A stretch of 37,116 nucleotides of DNA from contig NC_057718.1 in the NCBI RefSeq assembly GCF_004010195.1, forward strand, positions 14,099,170 to 14,136,285, written 5' to 3'. A program made the position numbers and the translations under genes. Below the pieces are notes generated by a model. The model was not told the origin of the DNA and made no database searches. It was given only the letters and a program-made list of their open reading frames with translations. Shown piece after piece: positions 1 to 11,896 of this stretch; the first letter of the stretch is position 1, and each line of letters opens with the position of its first letter. This DNA is from Chiloscyllium plagiosum. Lineage: Eukaryota.

Positions 1-605
1 TTGAGTATAGGAGTTGGGAAGTCATGTTGCTGTTGTACAATTTATTGGTTAGGCCACTGTTGGAATATTGTGTGCAGTTCTTGTCTCCTTCCTATTGGAA
101 GGATGTTGTGAAACTTGAAAGGGTTCATAAAAGATATACAAGGATGTTGCCAGGGTTGGAAGATTGAGCTATAGGGAGAGGCTGAATAGGCTGGAGCTGT
201 TTTCCCTGGAGTGTCAGAGGCTGAGGGGTGACCTTATAGAGGTTTATAAAATCATGAGAGGCATGGATAGGATAAATAGACAAAGTTTTTTCCCTGGGGT
301 GGGGGAGTCCAGAACTAGAGGGCATAGGTTTAGGGTGAGAGGGGAAAGATATAAGAAGGACCAAAGGGGCAACATTTACATGCAGCGGCTAGTACGGGTG
401 TGGAATGAGCTGCCAGAGGAAGTGGTGAAGGCTAGTACAATTGCAACATTTAAAAGGGTCTGGATGGGTATATGAATAGGAAGGGTTTGGAGGGATATGG
501 GCCAAGTGCTGGCAAATGGGACTAGTTTAGATTGGGATATCTGGTCGGCATGGATTAGTTGGACCAAAGGGTCTGTTCCGTGCTGTACATCTCTATGACT
601 CTATG
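1..605 (+). mobile_element. CR1-type LINE, 3' end of ORF2 plus 3' tail (cut by the window edge)
   Basis: ORF 164..475 reads RLRGDLIEVYKIMRGMDR...SRTRGHRF...WNELPEEVV, a typical CR1 ORF2 C-terminus. Ends in a short-repeat tail CTCTATGACTCTATG. Closely similar copy at 20272-20657. Confidence 0.95.
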
Positions 606-2253
606 CTGGAGGTTGCTGCTGCTCCAGATGCATGTGTTCCTCATCTATTAGTGTAGGTGCTCTTCATGCAATAGCCACAGAGGTGACCATAGTTCCTGTT
701 CCTGAATCATTTAGGGATGGTTCCAATGAGCCTTCCAATCAGTGGGCAATATCACAAATAAAGTAGCTCCTCACTAATGTGATCATTCAGTAGTCATGCC
801 ATACCCAAATAACATTTAAACAACATCTTCAGAACACTGGGACAGGGAGCCCTCCATCAAAGAAGGCAATGCGATGCTTTCAAATGGACCTAGCACATCC
901 TTATCCTGATTCAATACGTATATTGCTCAAGCCTTTTGGCAGACATACAGTCAGAGATTGTATACGTAGCAGCCGTAATGGGAATCTGTCTCCCACTCTC
1001 ATCTCCCACATTATCTAAGAAAGGCAGCATTACCAATAGGATAATGGTGTGGACATATTACAGTTCGTTTTATAGTGAGCATTAAGTTGATTCCACCTTT
1101 TGCAACTAAAGTGAATCTTTACATCTTGCCTGACATTACTTGTGTTTCATAGCATGGAAATGTTGAATGATGTGGTCACGTGTGCTTGTGGCCAGGATTT
1201 GTTCTCGACACAGTAGGTCTGTACATGCAGTTCACGTACAGCATTATGTACAGTGTGGGTTTCTCTTTAATGCTATTGCCCTTTGAAGGGCCTCAGTGCA
1301 CAAAAGCAGGGCCCACTCCCTCAGAGAGAGGATAAAAAATACTCTGCTCACTCTGCATGTGGTGGCAGCTATAATCATTTTGATTGTGCATTTCTGTTTT
1401 TGATGAGGGTGGTAGGCAACGCAGGTATTGATTCATGGAGTGAGTTGCAGGTCAGCGTCTCACTGTAGGTGATCTGCCAAGACGACTTATTCCTTTCTGT
1501 ATTGTTCTCCCCATCAACCCTATTGGCTTTAATGATACCCACATTCCTACCTTAATGTTTTATTTAACTGCTCATTTTTCCATTTTACGCCCTGAACAGC
1601 TTAGCATGTCAGATGTGGTTATGCATTGTCACCTCATCGAATCCAGGGTGGTGGTGACTGTCGAAAAAAAACCCTTTCAAGATACCTCTTGCCCTCCCAT
1701 GCTCTACCATCTCTCAGCTTTATCTATCGAGTTGCCCTAGTTCACAATTATTGCCTCTTCTGCATCTCAAAATGTTGCCTCTAAACCTCAAATTTCCACC
1801 ACAGTACTGGCCCCTGACTTTCAGTGAACTGGACTGATTCTGACTGATGAGCGACCAGACTGATCTCTGCAGCTCCTGACTGACCTATCACTAATCTTTC
1901 AAGAGGTTGCACTGGACCTGCAGGACTAACTGTGACCCACTCCTTGACCTGTAATGATATGGAATTATTTCACCTAATGACTGGAATGCTCACAATTAAT
2001 TTCTTTCCACTGTGTCCAAAAATAGCAAACTGTATATAAATGAGGTGAGATTAAGTTCTAACCAGATGCAAAAACATCTCTTGCTGCTCACTCGTGAGAT
2101 TCTTGTCTTGCTGTTCAAACTTTGGTTGGAAAAGTAGACTTGTTATTTCTCAACATCGAGGACCTAATTTTTCCAATCTCATCAAATTTTTCCAACTGAC
2201 TTACAATTGCCCATGTTATTCAAGACTGGGAGAGCTCTGCCCACAATATGAAT

Positions 2254-2562
2254 TGTGGCTCAGTTGGTATCACTCTTACCTCTGCGTCTGAAGGCTATGG
2301 GTTCAAGTCTATCTCTAGTACTTCAGTGCAAAATCATGACTGATATTCTTCCTGAGGAAGAATCAGTGTTGAAGGTGCTATCTTTCAGATGAATAGATAA
2401 GACCCTCTCAGGTATGTAGAATTATTCCTACATCACCTCTTTGAAGAAGAACATGTGCATTATCCCCTTGTTCCATCCTAAATCTGCATTACAAAAGAAG
2501 TGATCAAATCTCAATGAAGTTGCTATTTGTGGAATTTTTGAGTGTATAGATTAATGACTGCA
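2254..2562 (+). mobile_element. Degenerate tRNA-headed Deu-domain SINE (SacSINE1-like)
   Basis: A-box-like TGGCTCAGTTGG and B-box-like GGTTCAAGTC, then a Deu-like core (GAAGGTGCTATCTTTCAGATGA...CCCTCTCAGGT). Confidence 0.65.
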
Positions 2563-2770
2563 TCGGTGAGGATTATACCAGTGGACACACTACTGACAAG
2601 AGCAGGTTTGGAACCTCCAATTTGTCCTAAAACTAGCAGGAAAATTCGGCATGGATACTGGCAACGAGAAAGGTATGGTGTAAATGCAGGTTCTCCTTTC
2701 TCAGCTTAGTAAAAATGCATCAGTACAGCAGCTCATTAAATACTCAGTACCTGTGTAAGTTATCTTATTA

Positions 2771-3109
2771 GTAGCTCAGTGGTTAGCACTGCTGTCTCAC
2801 AGTGCCAGGGACCTGGATTCAATTCAACCCTCAGGCCACTGTCTGTATGGAGCTTGCACATTCTGCTGTGTCTGCGTGGGTTTCCTCTAGGTATGCTGGT
2901 TTCATCCCACAGATGTGCAGGTTGGGTGGATTGGCCAAACTAAATTATCCATTGTGTCTAGGGATGTGTAGGTTAGGTGGGTTAACCATAGGAAATGCAG
3001 AGTTGTGTGGATAGGGTAACGAGATTGGTCTGGGTGGGCTGCTGTTTGGAGGGTCAGTGTGGACTCAATGGGCTGAATGGCATGCTTCCACACTGTTGGG
3101 ATTCTATGA
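2771..3109 (+). mobile_element. HE1-type V-SINE (diverged copy)
   Basis: Head GCTCAGTGGTTAGCACTGCTG, V-domain TGTCTGCGTGGGTTTCCTC, CR1-like tail ...CCACACTGTTGGGATTCTATGA. Confidence 0.88.
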
Positions 3110-3493
3110 GTTGTGTTCAGTACCTTTATTATCAGAGCATATGATGGTAAATATGTAAAAAGAACTGTGTTCCAATTATATGCAGAGAATATTACAGACT
3201 TGTATATTGCAAACATTCAGGCTGTCCAAATACTTCTTCGTCAGGGCATCTCTCAGCTTCAGTACAACTTCTTTCAAAATTGGTGTAAATATTTGTTAGT
3301 GTGACAGATTTGCAGTAGCGGTACTGCAATGAAATGTAACAGTATTTAGTCTCAGCTTTTCTTCTCACTTTATATTTGGTTTCACAGATTCCAGGTGAGT
3401 GATAATAGTCATGAAACTGCTTCATCAATCTTAGCCATTAACCTCAGGAAGAATGAGAAAAGAGGTGATTATTATTATTCCTTCATTCCATAG

Positions 3494-3609
3494 GGGAGCC
3501 ATTTACACAAGAGGAGATGGAAGAGATGCTATCAGCTGCTGTGGATCCAGAAAAGAATATCATCTTCTATAAAGATTTTGCGGCAGTGATGACTATTGAT
3601 GACACCTGA
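3494..3609 (+). CDS. EFCAB2: Last coding exon of EF-hand calcium-binding domain protein 2 (dynein regulatory complex subunit 8)
   Basis: Acceptor ccttcattccatag at 3493, phase 1. Translates (G)EPFTQEEMEEMLSAAVDPEKNIIFYKDFAAVMTIDDT* with TGA at 3607-3609. This matches the vertebrate EFCAB2 C-terminus as I recall it (GEPFSQEEMEEMLSAAIDPESNSINYKDYITMMVIDEN). Absent from the ORF track. No upstream exon seen in the window. Confidence 0.93.
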
Positions 3610-3730
3610 CTACATTAGGAGAAATATCTTCACAAAAATTCAAAAGCAAACTGACTCAAACTTAGCAAGATTTCAAATAAGTGGATTCAAGGCATCTATT
3701 TTAAAATTGTAACTGTTCTACTTAGACAAA

Positions 3731-3736
3731 AATAAA
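3731..3736 (+). promoter_or_regulatory. Polyadenylation signal of EFCAB2
   Basis: AATAAA ~120 nt after the stop codon in an AT-rich UTR, with T-rich sequence downstream. Confidence 0.6.
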
Positions 3737-4394
3737 CCCTAATGCATAAGGCAGTAAAAAATATGTCTAAAATATTTTAAAATGTTTTTATTAGGAGGAT
3801 TTATCCTCACTTATTACAGTGAAGTTATTACATTTTGTTGATGGATGTATAAATATTCATATACAGCTGTAGTTCTTTATGTCTGGATAAAATTGTATGT
3901 CACAATTTCAAAGTTGAGACTTCACAGCTCTCAATATCTTGAGGGTTGTTCACTTTAGTATACTCCCAAGACCAGTCCTTTCCATCCAGCACGTGATCAA
4001 TGCAAAACTAGACAGACTGATTGAATGCAGCAATTTGTCAGAAGAATTTCTTTTTGGAGATTTATTGAGGTCAGTTATTTGCTGTCTTCAATATATCTCT
4101 GCAAATTGTTCAGTTTTGCTCAAAATTGCTTAAGGTTGCTCAGTGTAAACTTCAGAAATAGCATCTCATCTATAACTGGGAGCTTTGAAGCCCCACGGAA
4201 TTTAACATTGCTTTAAACAACTTGAAACCTCAGCATAACCTTCATGTATCTGGGCACGTTAACTGAATAGTGAATTAATTAATTTGAGATTTTAACCTTC
4301 CACTCATCTTCTTTTCTTTCTCTTTGCTTCATTTTTTGTTCTTATATATTTTCTTTGCTTTCGGAGGTTAAAAGCATAGTTACAACTCCTCTAG

Positions 4395-4578
4395 ATCTTT
4401 GCTTCCATGTACATTAACAATCCCTATGGCCTTGGACTGTGAAACCTTTTATTTAAATCTTCCTCCCTTTCACGCTATCATCGATTTTTTCTTTTGCTTT
4501 TCTTCCTACCCTTTTCCTTTTCACTTGCTTCAAACCTATGATATCTCTAACTTTTTCCAGTTCTGATGAAAAGTCTCA
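4395..4578 (+). mobile_element. Degenerate Penelope-like fragment ending in a truncated hammerhead motif
   Basis: Pyrimidine-rich tract, then TCTCTAACTTTTTCCAGTTCTGATGAAAAGTC. Resembles the older PLE family also seen at 5869, 9180 and 11660. Confidence 0.5.
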
Positions 4579-5339
4579 GAAATGCTGGGCTAGATTTTCA
4601 CCCTGGAAATGGCTTGCAGGAGTCAGTTAATTTACCTGCTTGCCCCATCCACCTCAGGAGAAAAGGTGCAATTTTCTTTCTCTTGGGGCTGGGTGCATGC
4701 TGGAGACAAATCCTCCACCTTGGAAACAGTACAGAGACAGCCACATGGATTGGCACATACCAAAGTGGGCTGTTTAAAAGGCCTTGGTGCTCATGAACTT
4801 GGTCCCAGGTGTTCTATTTAATGTTGGACCCTCTAGGCCTCAACACCTGCATTCCCCAAGCATTGCTCCCACACCTCCCCCATGACCCCTCATGCTTTCC
4901 ATGCCAACCTATGCTTTCCACTCTCCTCCATGGCCACTTTAACATGGATTGAAGATACACAGAAACTCTGGAAGTGGTGATTACAAGGGTCACATGGGAA
5001 GAGAGTGCTGGAGTGATTGTAGTGTCCTTCTCTGACCGACCTCTGATAGGCTATCTAGACTTGTGAAAGCAGGCTTGGGGTCCCTGGCAAGATAGAAACC
5101 TCCCATTTGAGAGCCATTTCGATTTGCTAACTAGAGACTCAGCCAAAATTCATTTCTAAAATCAGCGAATGACCTGTTAAAAATAATAACATATTTTGCA
5201 TATGAATATTTGTAATGTTGATAATATTATTTCTCCTTATTCCTCCAATATTCATTAATCAATGTGTGATAGTGCAGAGAAAGGGATATTTATGCCATAT
5301 TTGTGCCCAAAGTCGCTCAAACTTAGTCACAGTGAAGAA

Positions 5340-5825
5340 ACAAATAAATTGAATTAATGTAGCACCTTTTGCAATCACTGGATGTGCCAAAGCAGTTTAC
5401 AATAATTAAGTAATTCAGAAGCGTGCTCATTGTTGTAATATAGGACGCCTTGCAGCCAATATGCACACAGCAAACTTCCACAAACAGTAATGTAATAATG
5501 ACCAGATAATCTTTTAAATAATTCTTGTTGAAGAATACGGTTAGCCAGGCTATTGGCAATAACTGCCCTGTTATAGAGTCATAGAGATGTACAGCACAGA
5601 AACAGACTCTTCATCCATGAGACAGTGCCATATGATCTTTTACACCCACCCAAGCAGCCAGATAAGATTTCAGTTTAATATCTTATTGGAAAGACATGGC
5701 CTCTGACAGTACAGCACTCTCAGTTCACAACTGCAGTAGCAGCCTTGATCTTTGTGCCCACACCCTGCAGTGAGACTTGACCCTAGAGCCTTATAATGCA
5801 AAGGTGATAGTGCCACAGCTGACAA
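5340..5825 (-). mobile_element. Deu-domain SINE (SacSINE1-like) interrupted by a ~40-bp CR1 3'-tail insert (5573-5612)
   Basis: Reverse-complement Deu core GTGCCATATGATCTTTTACACCCACC...GTTTAATATCTTATTGGAAAGACATGGCCTCTGACAGTACAGCACTC. The insert ATAGAGTCATAGAGATGTACAGCAC is the reverse complement of the CR1 tail at 581-604. Confidence 0.72.
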
Positions 5826-5868
5826 TGACACAATGTGAGCTTGATGCAAAGGAATCTTTTTCATCATA

Positions 5869-5981
5869 AAGGCAAAATATTGTGATTATTGGAAATCTGA
5901 AACAAACACAGGGAATGCTGGGGAACTCAGCAGGTCTGGTAGCATTTGTGGAGAGAGAAACAGTTAACATCTCAAGTTTGG
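5869..5981 (-). mobile_element. Left arm of an older Penelope-like fold-back element, split by the CR1 insertion
   Basis: GAATGCTGGGGAACTCAGCAGGTCTGGTAGCATTTGTGGAGAGAGAAACAG is the inverted counterpart of 9220-9280. Confidence 0.7.
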
Positions 5982-6289
5982 CGGAAGAACATAAGAACTA
6001 GGAGCAGGAGTAGGCTGTTTGGCCCTTCGAGCCTGCTCTGCCACTCAGTAAGAAATGCTAATCTTTTCATGGACTCAGCTCCAATTGTGATTATTGGAAA
6101 TCTGAAACAAACACAGGGAATGCTGGGGAACTCAGCAGGTCTGGTAGCATTTGTGGAGAGAGAAACAGTTAACATCTCAAGTTTGGCGGAAAAACATAAG
6201 AACTAGGAGCAGGAGTAGGCTGTTTGGCCCTTCGAGCCTGCTCTGCCACTCAGTAAGATAATGCTAATCTTTTCATGGACTCAGCTCCA
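5879..6289. repeat. Tandem duplication of ~205 bp (5879-6083 and 6084-6289)
   Basis: Two consecutive copies differing by one substitution and one 1-bp indel. Confidence 0.95.
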
Positions 6290-9168
6290 CTTACCTGCCC
6301 TTAATTCCTTTATTTTTCAAAAACGTATCTACCTTAGCTTTAAAAGTGATTACTGAAGTCGTGTCAACTACTTCTCTGGGCAAAGAATTCCACAGCTTAA
6401 CAACCCTCTGGGTAAAGAAGCTCTTTCTCAGTTCAGTTCTAAACCCTCTTGTTCCAGTTTCACCTACCAGTGAAAACATCCTGTCCATTTCTACTTTATC
6501 GATTTCCTTCATAATTTTATATGTTTCTACAAGATCCGCCCCCCTCATTCTTCTGAATTCCAATGACTATAATCCCAGTCTACTCAGCCTCTCCTCATAA
6601 GCCAATCCCCTCAACTCCAGAATCAACCTAGTGAACCTCCTCTGCACCCCCTCCAGTGCCAGTACATCCTTTCTTAATTAAGGAAACTAAATCTGCACAC
6701 AGTACTCCAGGTCTGGCCTCACCAGCACCTTGTACACCTGTAACGTTACCTCTCTGCATTTAAACTCAACCCCTTTAGCAATGAAGAACAAAGTTCCATT
6801 TGCCTTCCTAATTACTTGTACCTGCAGACCAACCTTCTGCATTTCATGCACAAGGACACCCATGTCCCTCTGCAAATCAGCATGCTGCAACTGTTTACCA
6901 TTAAAGTAATAATCTATTTTGCTGTTACTCCTACCAAAATGTATGACTTCACATTTACTAACATTGTATTCCATCTGCCAGACCTTTGCCCACTCACTCA
7001 ATGTGTCACTGTTCCTCTGCAAAGTTTCACAGTCCTCTGCACACTTTGCTCTGCCACTCATCTTAGTGTCATTGGCAAATTTTGACACCATACACGTGGT
7101 CCCCAACTCCAAATCATCTATATAAATTGTAAATAATTGTCCCAACACCGATCCCTTAGGCACACCACTTGTCACTGATTGCCAGCTAGAATAGCACCCA
7201 TTTATCCTCACTCTTTGCTTCCTGTCAGTCAACCAATCCTCTATCCACACTAATACTCTACCCCTAACACCATGCATCCTTATCTTATGCAACAGCCTCA
7301 TGTGCTGCACCTTGTCAAAGGTCTTTTGGAAATCTCGGTAGACCACATCTACTGGGTCCCTGTTGTCCACCTTGCTTAAAATATCTTAATAAAATTCCAA
7401 AAGATTTGTGAAGCATGAGCCCATGCTGCACCTGTACATTGGGACATTTTCTTTCGAGATGCACTGTATTTCTTTCTTGATAATAGACTCAAGCATCTTC
7501 CCACTACAGAGGTCAAGCTCACTGGTCTATAATTCCTCATTTTTGTCTATTTCCATTTTTAAACAGTGGTGTCACATTTGCTATTTTCCAATCTGCTGGG
7601 ACTGCCCCAGAGTCCAGCAAATTTTGAAACATTACCGCCAGTCCCCCTGCTATTTCTCTCACCATCTCTTTCAGTACACTGGGATGCATTCCATCTAACC
7701 TTAGCTCCATTAGCTTACCCAACACTAACTCTTCTGTAATAATAATTGACTCCAGGTCCTACCTACCTTTGTCTCTTCGTCACTTACTGGCATGTTATTA
7801 GTATCCTCCACTGTGAAGACTGGTGCAAAATACCTGTTCAATGCCTCAGCCATTTCATCATATCCCATAACTAACTGCCCCTTCTCATCCTCTAAAGGAC
7901 CAACATTTACTTTAGCAACTCTTCTTTGTTTTATATATTTACAGAAACGTTTGCTATCTGACTTTATATTCTGTGCTAGTTTTTTTCTCATACTCTATCT
8001 TACTTTTCTTTATAGCTCTTTTTGTGGCTTTCTGTCGACCTTTAAAGTTTTTCCAATCTTCTAGATTCCTGCTGTTTTTGGCCACTTTGTATGCCTTTCA
8101 TAGCCTGCCTTATTTCATTAGACACCCATGGCGGATTACCTCTCCTTTTACAGTCCTTCCTTCTCAGCAGAAGATACTTTTGCTAATCACTTTGAAAAAG
8201 TTATTTGAAGGTCATCTACTGCTCGTCAACTCTCGCACCATAAAGTCTCTGTTTCCAGTCTACTTTAGCCAGGTCCTCTGTCATTCTATCATAGACCCCC
8301 TTATTCAAGCACAGGATCCTGGTATTGGATTTTATCTTCACACTCCTCCATCTGTATTTTAAATTCAACCATACTGTGATCACTCCTTCCAAGAGGATCC
8401 CTGACTATGAAGTCATTCATTATTCCTGTCTCATTATGCAGGACCAGATCTAGGATAGCTTGCTCCCTCGTTGGTTCTATTACATACTGTTCAAGAAAAC
8501 TATCACTGATACATTCAACAAACTCCTCCTCAAGGCTACCCTGACCTATCTGCACTTTAAAATCCCCCATGATAACAGTCGTACCATTTTTGCATGCATT
8601 TATATTTATTTCCTTGTTAATTGCCTGCCCCAATGTGATGTTGTTATTTGGTGGCCTATAGACTACACCTATCAGTGACATTTTCTTCTTGGAATTCCTA
8701 ATTTCCATCCAAATGGATTCGACCTCATGCTCCATAGAACCTATATCATCTCTTAGCACTGCCCTGATGTCGTCCTTGAATATCAGAGCTACACCACCTT
8801 CCTTGCATTCCCGACCTTCCAAATAGTCTGGTATCCCTGGATATTTAATTCCCAGTCATGACCATTCTGCAACCATGTCTCTGTGATGGCTATCAAATTA
8901 TATTCATTCACGATGATTAGTACCATTAACTCATCAACATTGTTACCAATGCTACGAGCATTCAGGTAAAGTGCCTTTGTACTAGCTTTCTTACTGTCAT
9001 GATTCACAACATCTCTAATATCTCCTGAGTTATCTTTCATTTTTGCTTCTTTCATAGTCTGCCCTGAATTTAAACTCTCCTGCATACATACTAACCTGCT
9101 GCTTACCTTTTCATTTATCACCATACTTCCTGTTGTTTTCCCTTTTCATACCCCGACTCACAAGTTTA
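6187..9168 (-). mobile_element. CR1 LINE with near-complete but disrupted ORF2 (AP endonuclease and reverse transcriptase), 5'-truncated
   Basis: Minus-strand fragments: 8789-9124 (YLNARSI...AITETWL), 8301-8822 (GGVAL, VYRPP, MGDF, LDLV, SDH), 7537-7991, 6687-7370 (DFQKTFDKV, GVPKGSVLG, SKFANDTK) and 6291-6563. Multiple frameshifts. Candidate TSD AAGTTTGG at 6179-6186 and 9169-9176. Confidence 0.97.
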
Positions 9169-9176
9169 AAGTTTGG

Positions 9177-9290
9177 TATGATTGTACTGCAGAAGAGTAA
9201 TTGGACTTGAAACAAAATCTCTGTTTTCTCTCCACAGATGCTGCCAGACCTGCTGAGTTTCTTTAACATTCTCTGTGTTTATTTTTTTTC
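9177..9290 (+). mobile_element. Right arm of the older Penelope-like fold-back element
   Basis: CTGCAGAAGAGTAATTGGACTTGAAAC (degenerate hammerhead) followed by CTCTCCACAGATGCTGCCAGACCTGCTGAGTTTC. Confidence 0.68.
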
Positions 9291-9359
9291 TCAATATTGT
9301 TCTAATCTGGAAACTCAACAAAGTGAACATCCACCTCTCTGTACCCCCTTAACTCTTGA

Positions 9360-10245
9360 TTTGGAGATGCCGGTGTTGGACTGGGGTGTACAAAGTTAAA
9401 AATCACACAACACCAGGTTATAGTCCAACAGGTTTAATTGGAAGCACACTAGCTTTCGGAGCAATGCTCCCTCATCAGGTGATAGTGGAGGGCTCGATCG
9501 TAACACAGAATTTATAGCAAAAATTTGCAGTGTGATGTAATTGAAATTATACATTGAAGATCCGTAATCCATTCGCGTCGCTCTGAAAGCTAGTGTGCTT
9601 CCAATTAAACCTGTTGGACTATAACCTGGTGTTGTGTGATTTTTAACTATGATTATTTAGGGGGTTTCACTTCCCCCACAAGGTAAATGAAACTAGATTC
9701 ATTCGCATATCATTACAAAGGAAATTGTTTTTAAAAATCAAATACACAAGAACTCACACACATTCATTTCCCGAGCCTCGGTCAGTATTATCATTTCAGT
9801 TCTAACTGGGACTATTAATTTCTAGCAAAATCTGAGCTCAAAAACTGCATGAATTTATGTAAAACTCTGTTATCTCACTTTTTAGATTAGAATCAATCTA
9901 AACATCAGGTCATAGACAGAGAACACAGGGGGCTAACACCTTCAACATATTGTCTAGCTATCACCATTGTTAACAGCTAACCCGAGAATGCAACTTTAAA
10001 AAAAAGGGTTTTGTGCTTTACACATGAAAGTGAAACTATCACTGTATTCTAACAGATGAAAGGCTTAACAGACAATCAATTTTTCAATGTATAATTTCAG
10101 TTACATCACACTGCAAATTTTTGCTATAAATTCTGTGTTACGATCATGCCCTCCACAATCACCTGATGAAGGAGTGTCGCTCCAAAAGCTAGTGTGCTTC
10201 CAATTAAACCTGTTGGACTATAACCTGGTGTTGTGTGATTTTTAA
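9360..10245. mobile_element. Penelope-like composite fold-back insertion (family B) with 14-bp TSD
   Basis: TSD CCCTTAACTCTTGA at 9346-9359 and 10246-10259. 9395-9558 is inverted relative to ~10082-10246, and a second short inverted copy lies at ~9577-9648. Hammerhead-like cores in the arms. Confidence 0.85.
9447..9481 (-). ncRNA. Minimal type I hammerhead ribozyme motif (intact core)
   Basis: Minus strand reads CAC-CUGAUGA-G-GGAGC AUU GCUCC-GAAA-GC-UA/GUG. Stem I CAC/GUG, 5-bp stem II, palindromic AGCU in place of stem III. Confidence 0.7.
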
Positions 10246-11194
10246 CCCTTAACTCTTGACTGCCCATTGTACAGGCTCATTGATGAGTTGTAGGCATCCA
10301 TTAATGCATTGTTTGTCTTTCTGTTGCAGAGCTGTGTTTACTTATTCCAAAGCAGGATTTTACAGCTGACAGAAGAGATTTTCATACCATTAAATTTCTG
10401 TGGATTCATCCTGTGGTCCCAGAAGTGAAACAAACCCACTGCATCATTCAGTACTCACCTCGTTCAATACTTTCTGCATTATGTGGGAAGAGTAGAAATA
10501 GTTGATAGGATTTTCACCAATTCTAAATGATTTCTGTCCTGTCACAGCATGTAACTGCATTATATCCATTTCAGTTCTATTTTTCAATATAGCAGTGGTT
10601 CCTTTCATGTTATAGATAGCAATGTTGAATGTTCAAAATGGAATGAAGTGAACAATCCACAAAAGCTTTTGCATAAATTTGGACTCTTCCAGTAAGTTGC
10701 AACAACCATTTTGAAAAATTTCTCGCAATATTTTGCTCAATGTTGTGAAGTTGGAATGTTATTTTTAACATAGTAAGGAATGTTATTGAAATATCTTGGT
10801 GAATGAGAGAGTGGGGGAATAGTAATTTGGGTAGTTCACATGTCTGCCCAGGGTTAACAACTAAGTATGTCTTCACATTGGGGAGTCAAAACACAAGAAT
10901 GCATTTTTGAACAAAATCTTCAAACAGATATCTTGTTATTTTCTTTCATGGCATGTTGCTGGATATGAACTACAGGTACTCCAGTGTCTTATTTACGGCA
11001 AGCTTAAATAAGAGGATGAAAAGCGATAGAAGGATTTTCTGGTAGAGTTGGAGGAAGTAGTTTGGATCGACAATGAACACCAGCACAGTACACTTCATTC
11101 AAGTGTTATAGATTGATGACATTAGCAAGGGACCATCTGAACAGAGATATACACTGCTCCATTTCAGCAGTATTCATTATTGTATATATAAACG

Positions 11195-11335
11195 TAGGAA
11201 CATAGGATTGAGGAGCGGGAGTAAGCCTTCAGCTCTACAAGCCTGCACTGTCATTCCATAAGATCGTGGCTGATCTGGTTGTCATCCCAACTCTACTTTT
11301 TTGTCTACTCCCCCTTGACTCCATTGTCGATAGGA
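11195..11335 (-). mobile_element. Old CR1 3' tail fragment
   Basis: GAACATAGG...GGAGTAAGCCTTCAGCTCTACAAGCCTGCACTGTCATTCCATAAGATCGTGGCTGATCTG, similar to the CR1 3' end at 6190-6290. Confidence 0.6.
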
Positions 11336-11659
11336 ATATAGGGTGAATTGCTGCGACGGAAAGTCTCATTGCAAAAAGTTAAATTTAAGCTAACATTTAA
11401 GGTACTTCCATAACTGTCCAGTTCTTATGGTGTGTTCCTTGCTGGATAAAGCAGTTGGCCAGAAAGGGTTAACTCAGATGTTTTGGAATAGCTTCACCCA
11501 CTGATTTGTACTTGACTGCCTCTGGGATGACCTAGTTAGTTATTCTTATTTGTCAGTTGTTAGTCAGTTCGACAGTCTACAGCATTTAATCTTGACCTAG
11601 TTACTATTTCTTAAATAGCATTAATGTAGTTAACCAGTCTCAAGCTAATCGAAACACAA

Positions 11660-11768
11660 AGATTGAAGAAGAGGTCTGAAGAACTTGGCTTGAAACGTAA
11701 TTCTGTTTCTCTCTCCATAGATGCTGCCAGACCTGCAAAGTGTCCTCAGCAATTTTTGCTTTTATTTA
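11660..11768 (+). mobile_element. Degenerate Penelope-like terminal fragment
   Basis: CTGAAGAAC...TGAAACGTAATTCTGTTTCTCTCTCCATAGATGCTGCCAGACCTGC, similar to 9190-9280. Confidence 0.65.
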
Positions 11769-11896
11769 AATTAATGTAACCTGTTATCTTACTATTATGT
11801 AATACTTGTTTCTCAAATAAGTGCCTTTTCTGCTGAAGACTTATTTGTAGTTAATTCTTCATCATTTAGTACTATCAAGCCCTTTAGATGAGTAGT

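Noticed and set aside
1810..1990. CTGA-rich stretch including CTGATGAG at 1843-1850, a possible hammerhead or C/D snoRNA
   Set aside because: No stem II with GAAA and no terminal stem. It looks like low-complexity decayed repeat.
10312..10460. Acceptor-like tttctgttgcag (+) and donor-like motif (-) suggesting an exon
   Set aside because: The translation is unrecognisable and stops quickly, and the two sites are on opposite strands.
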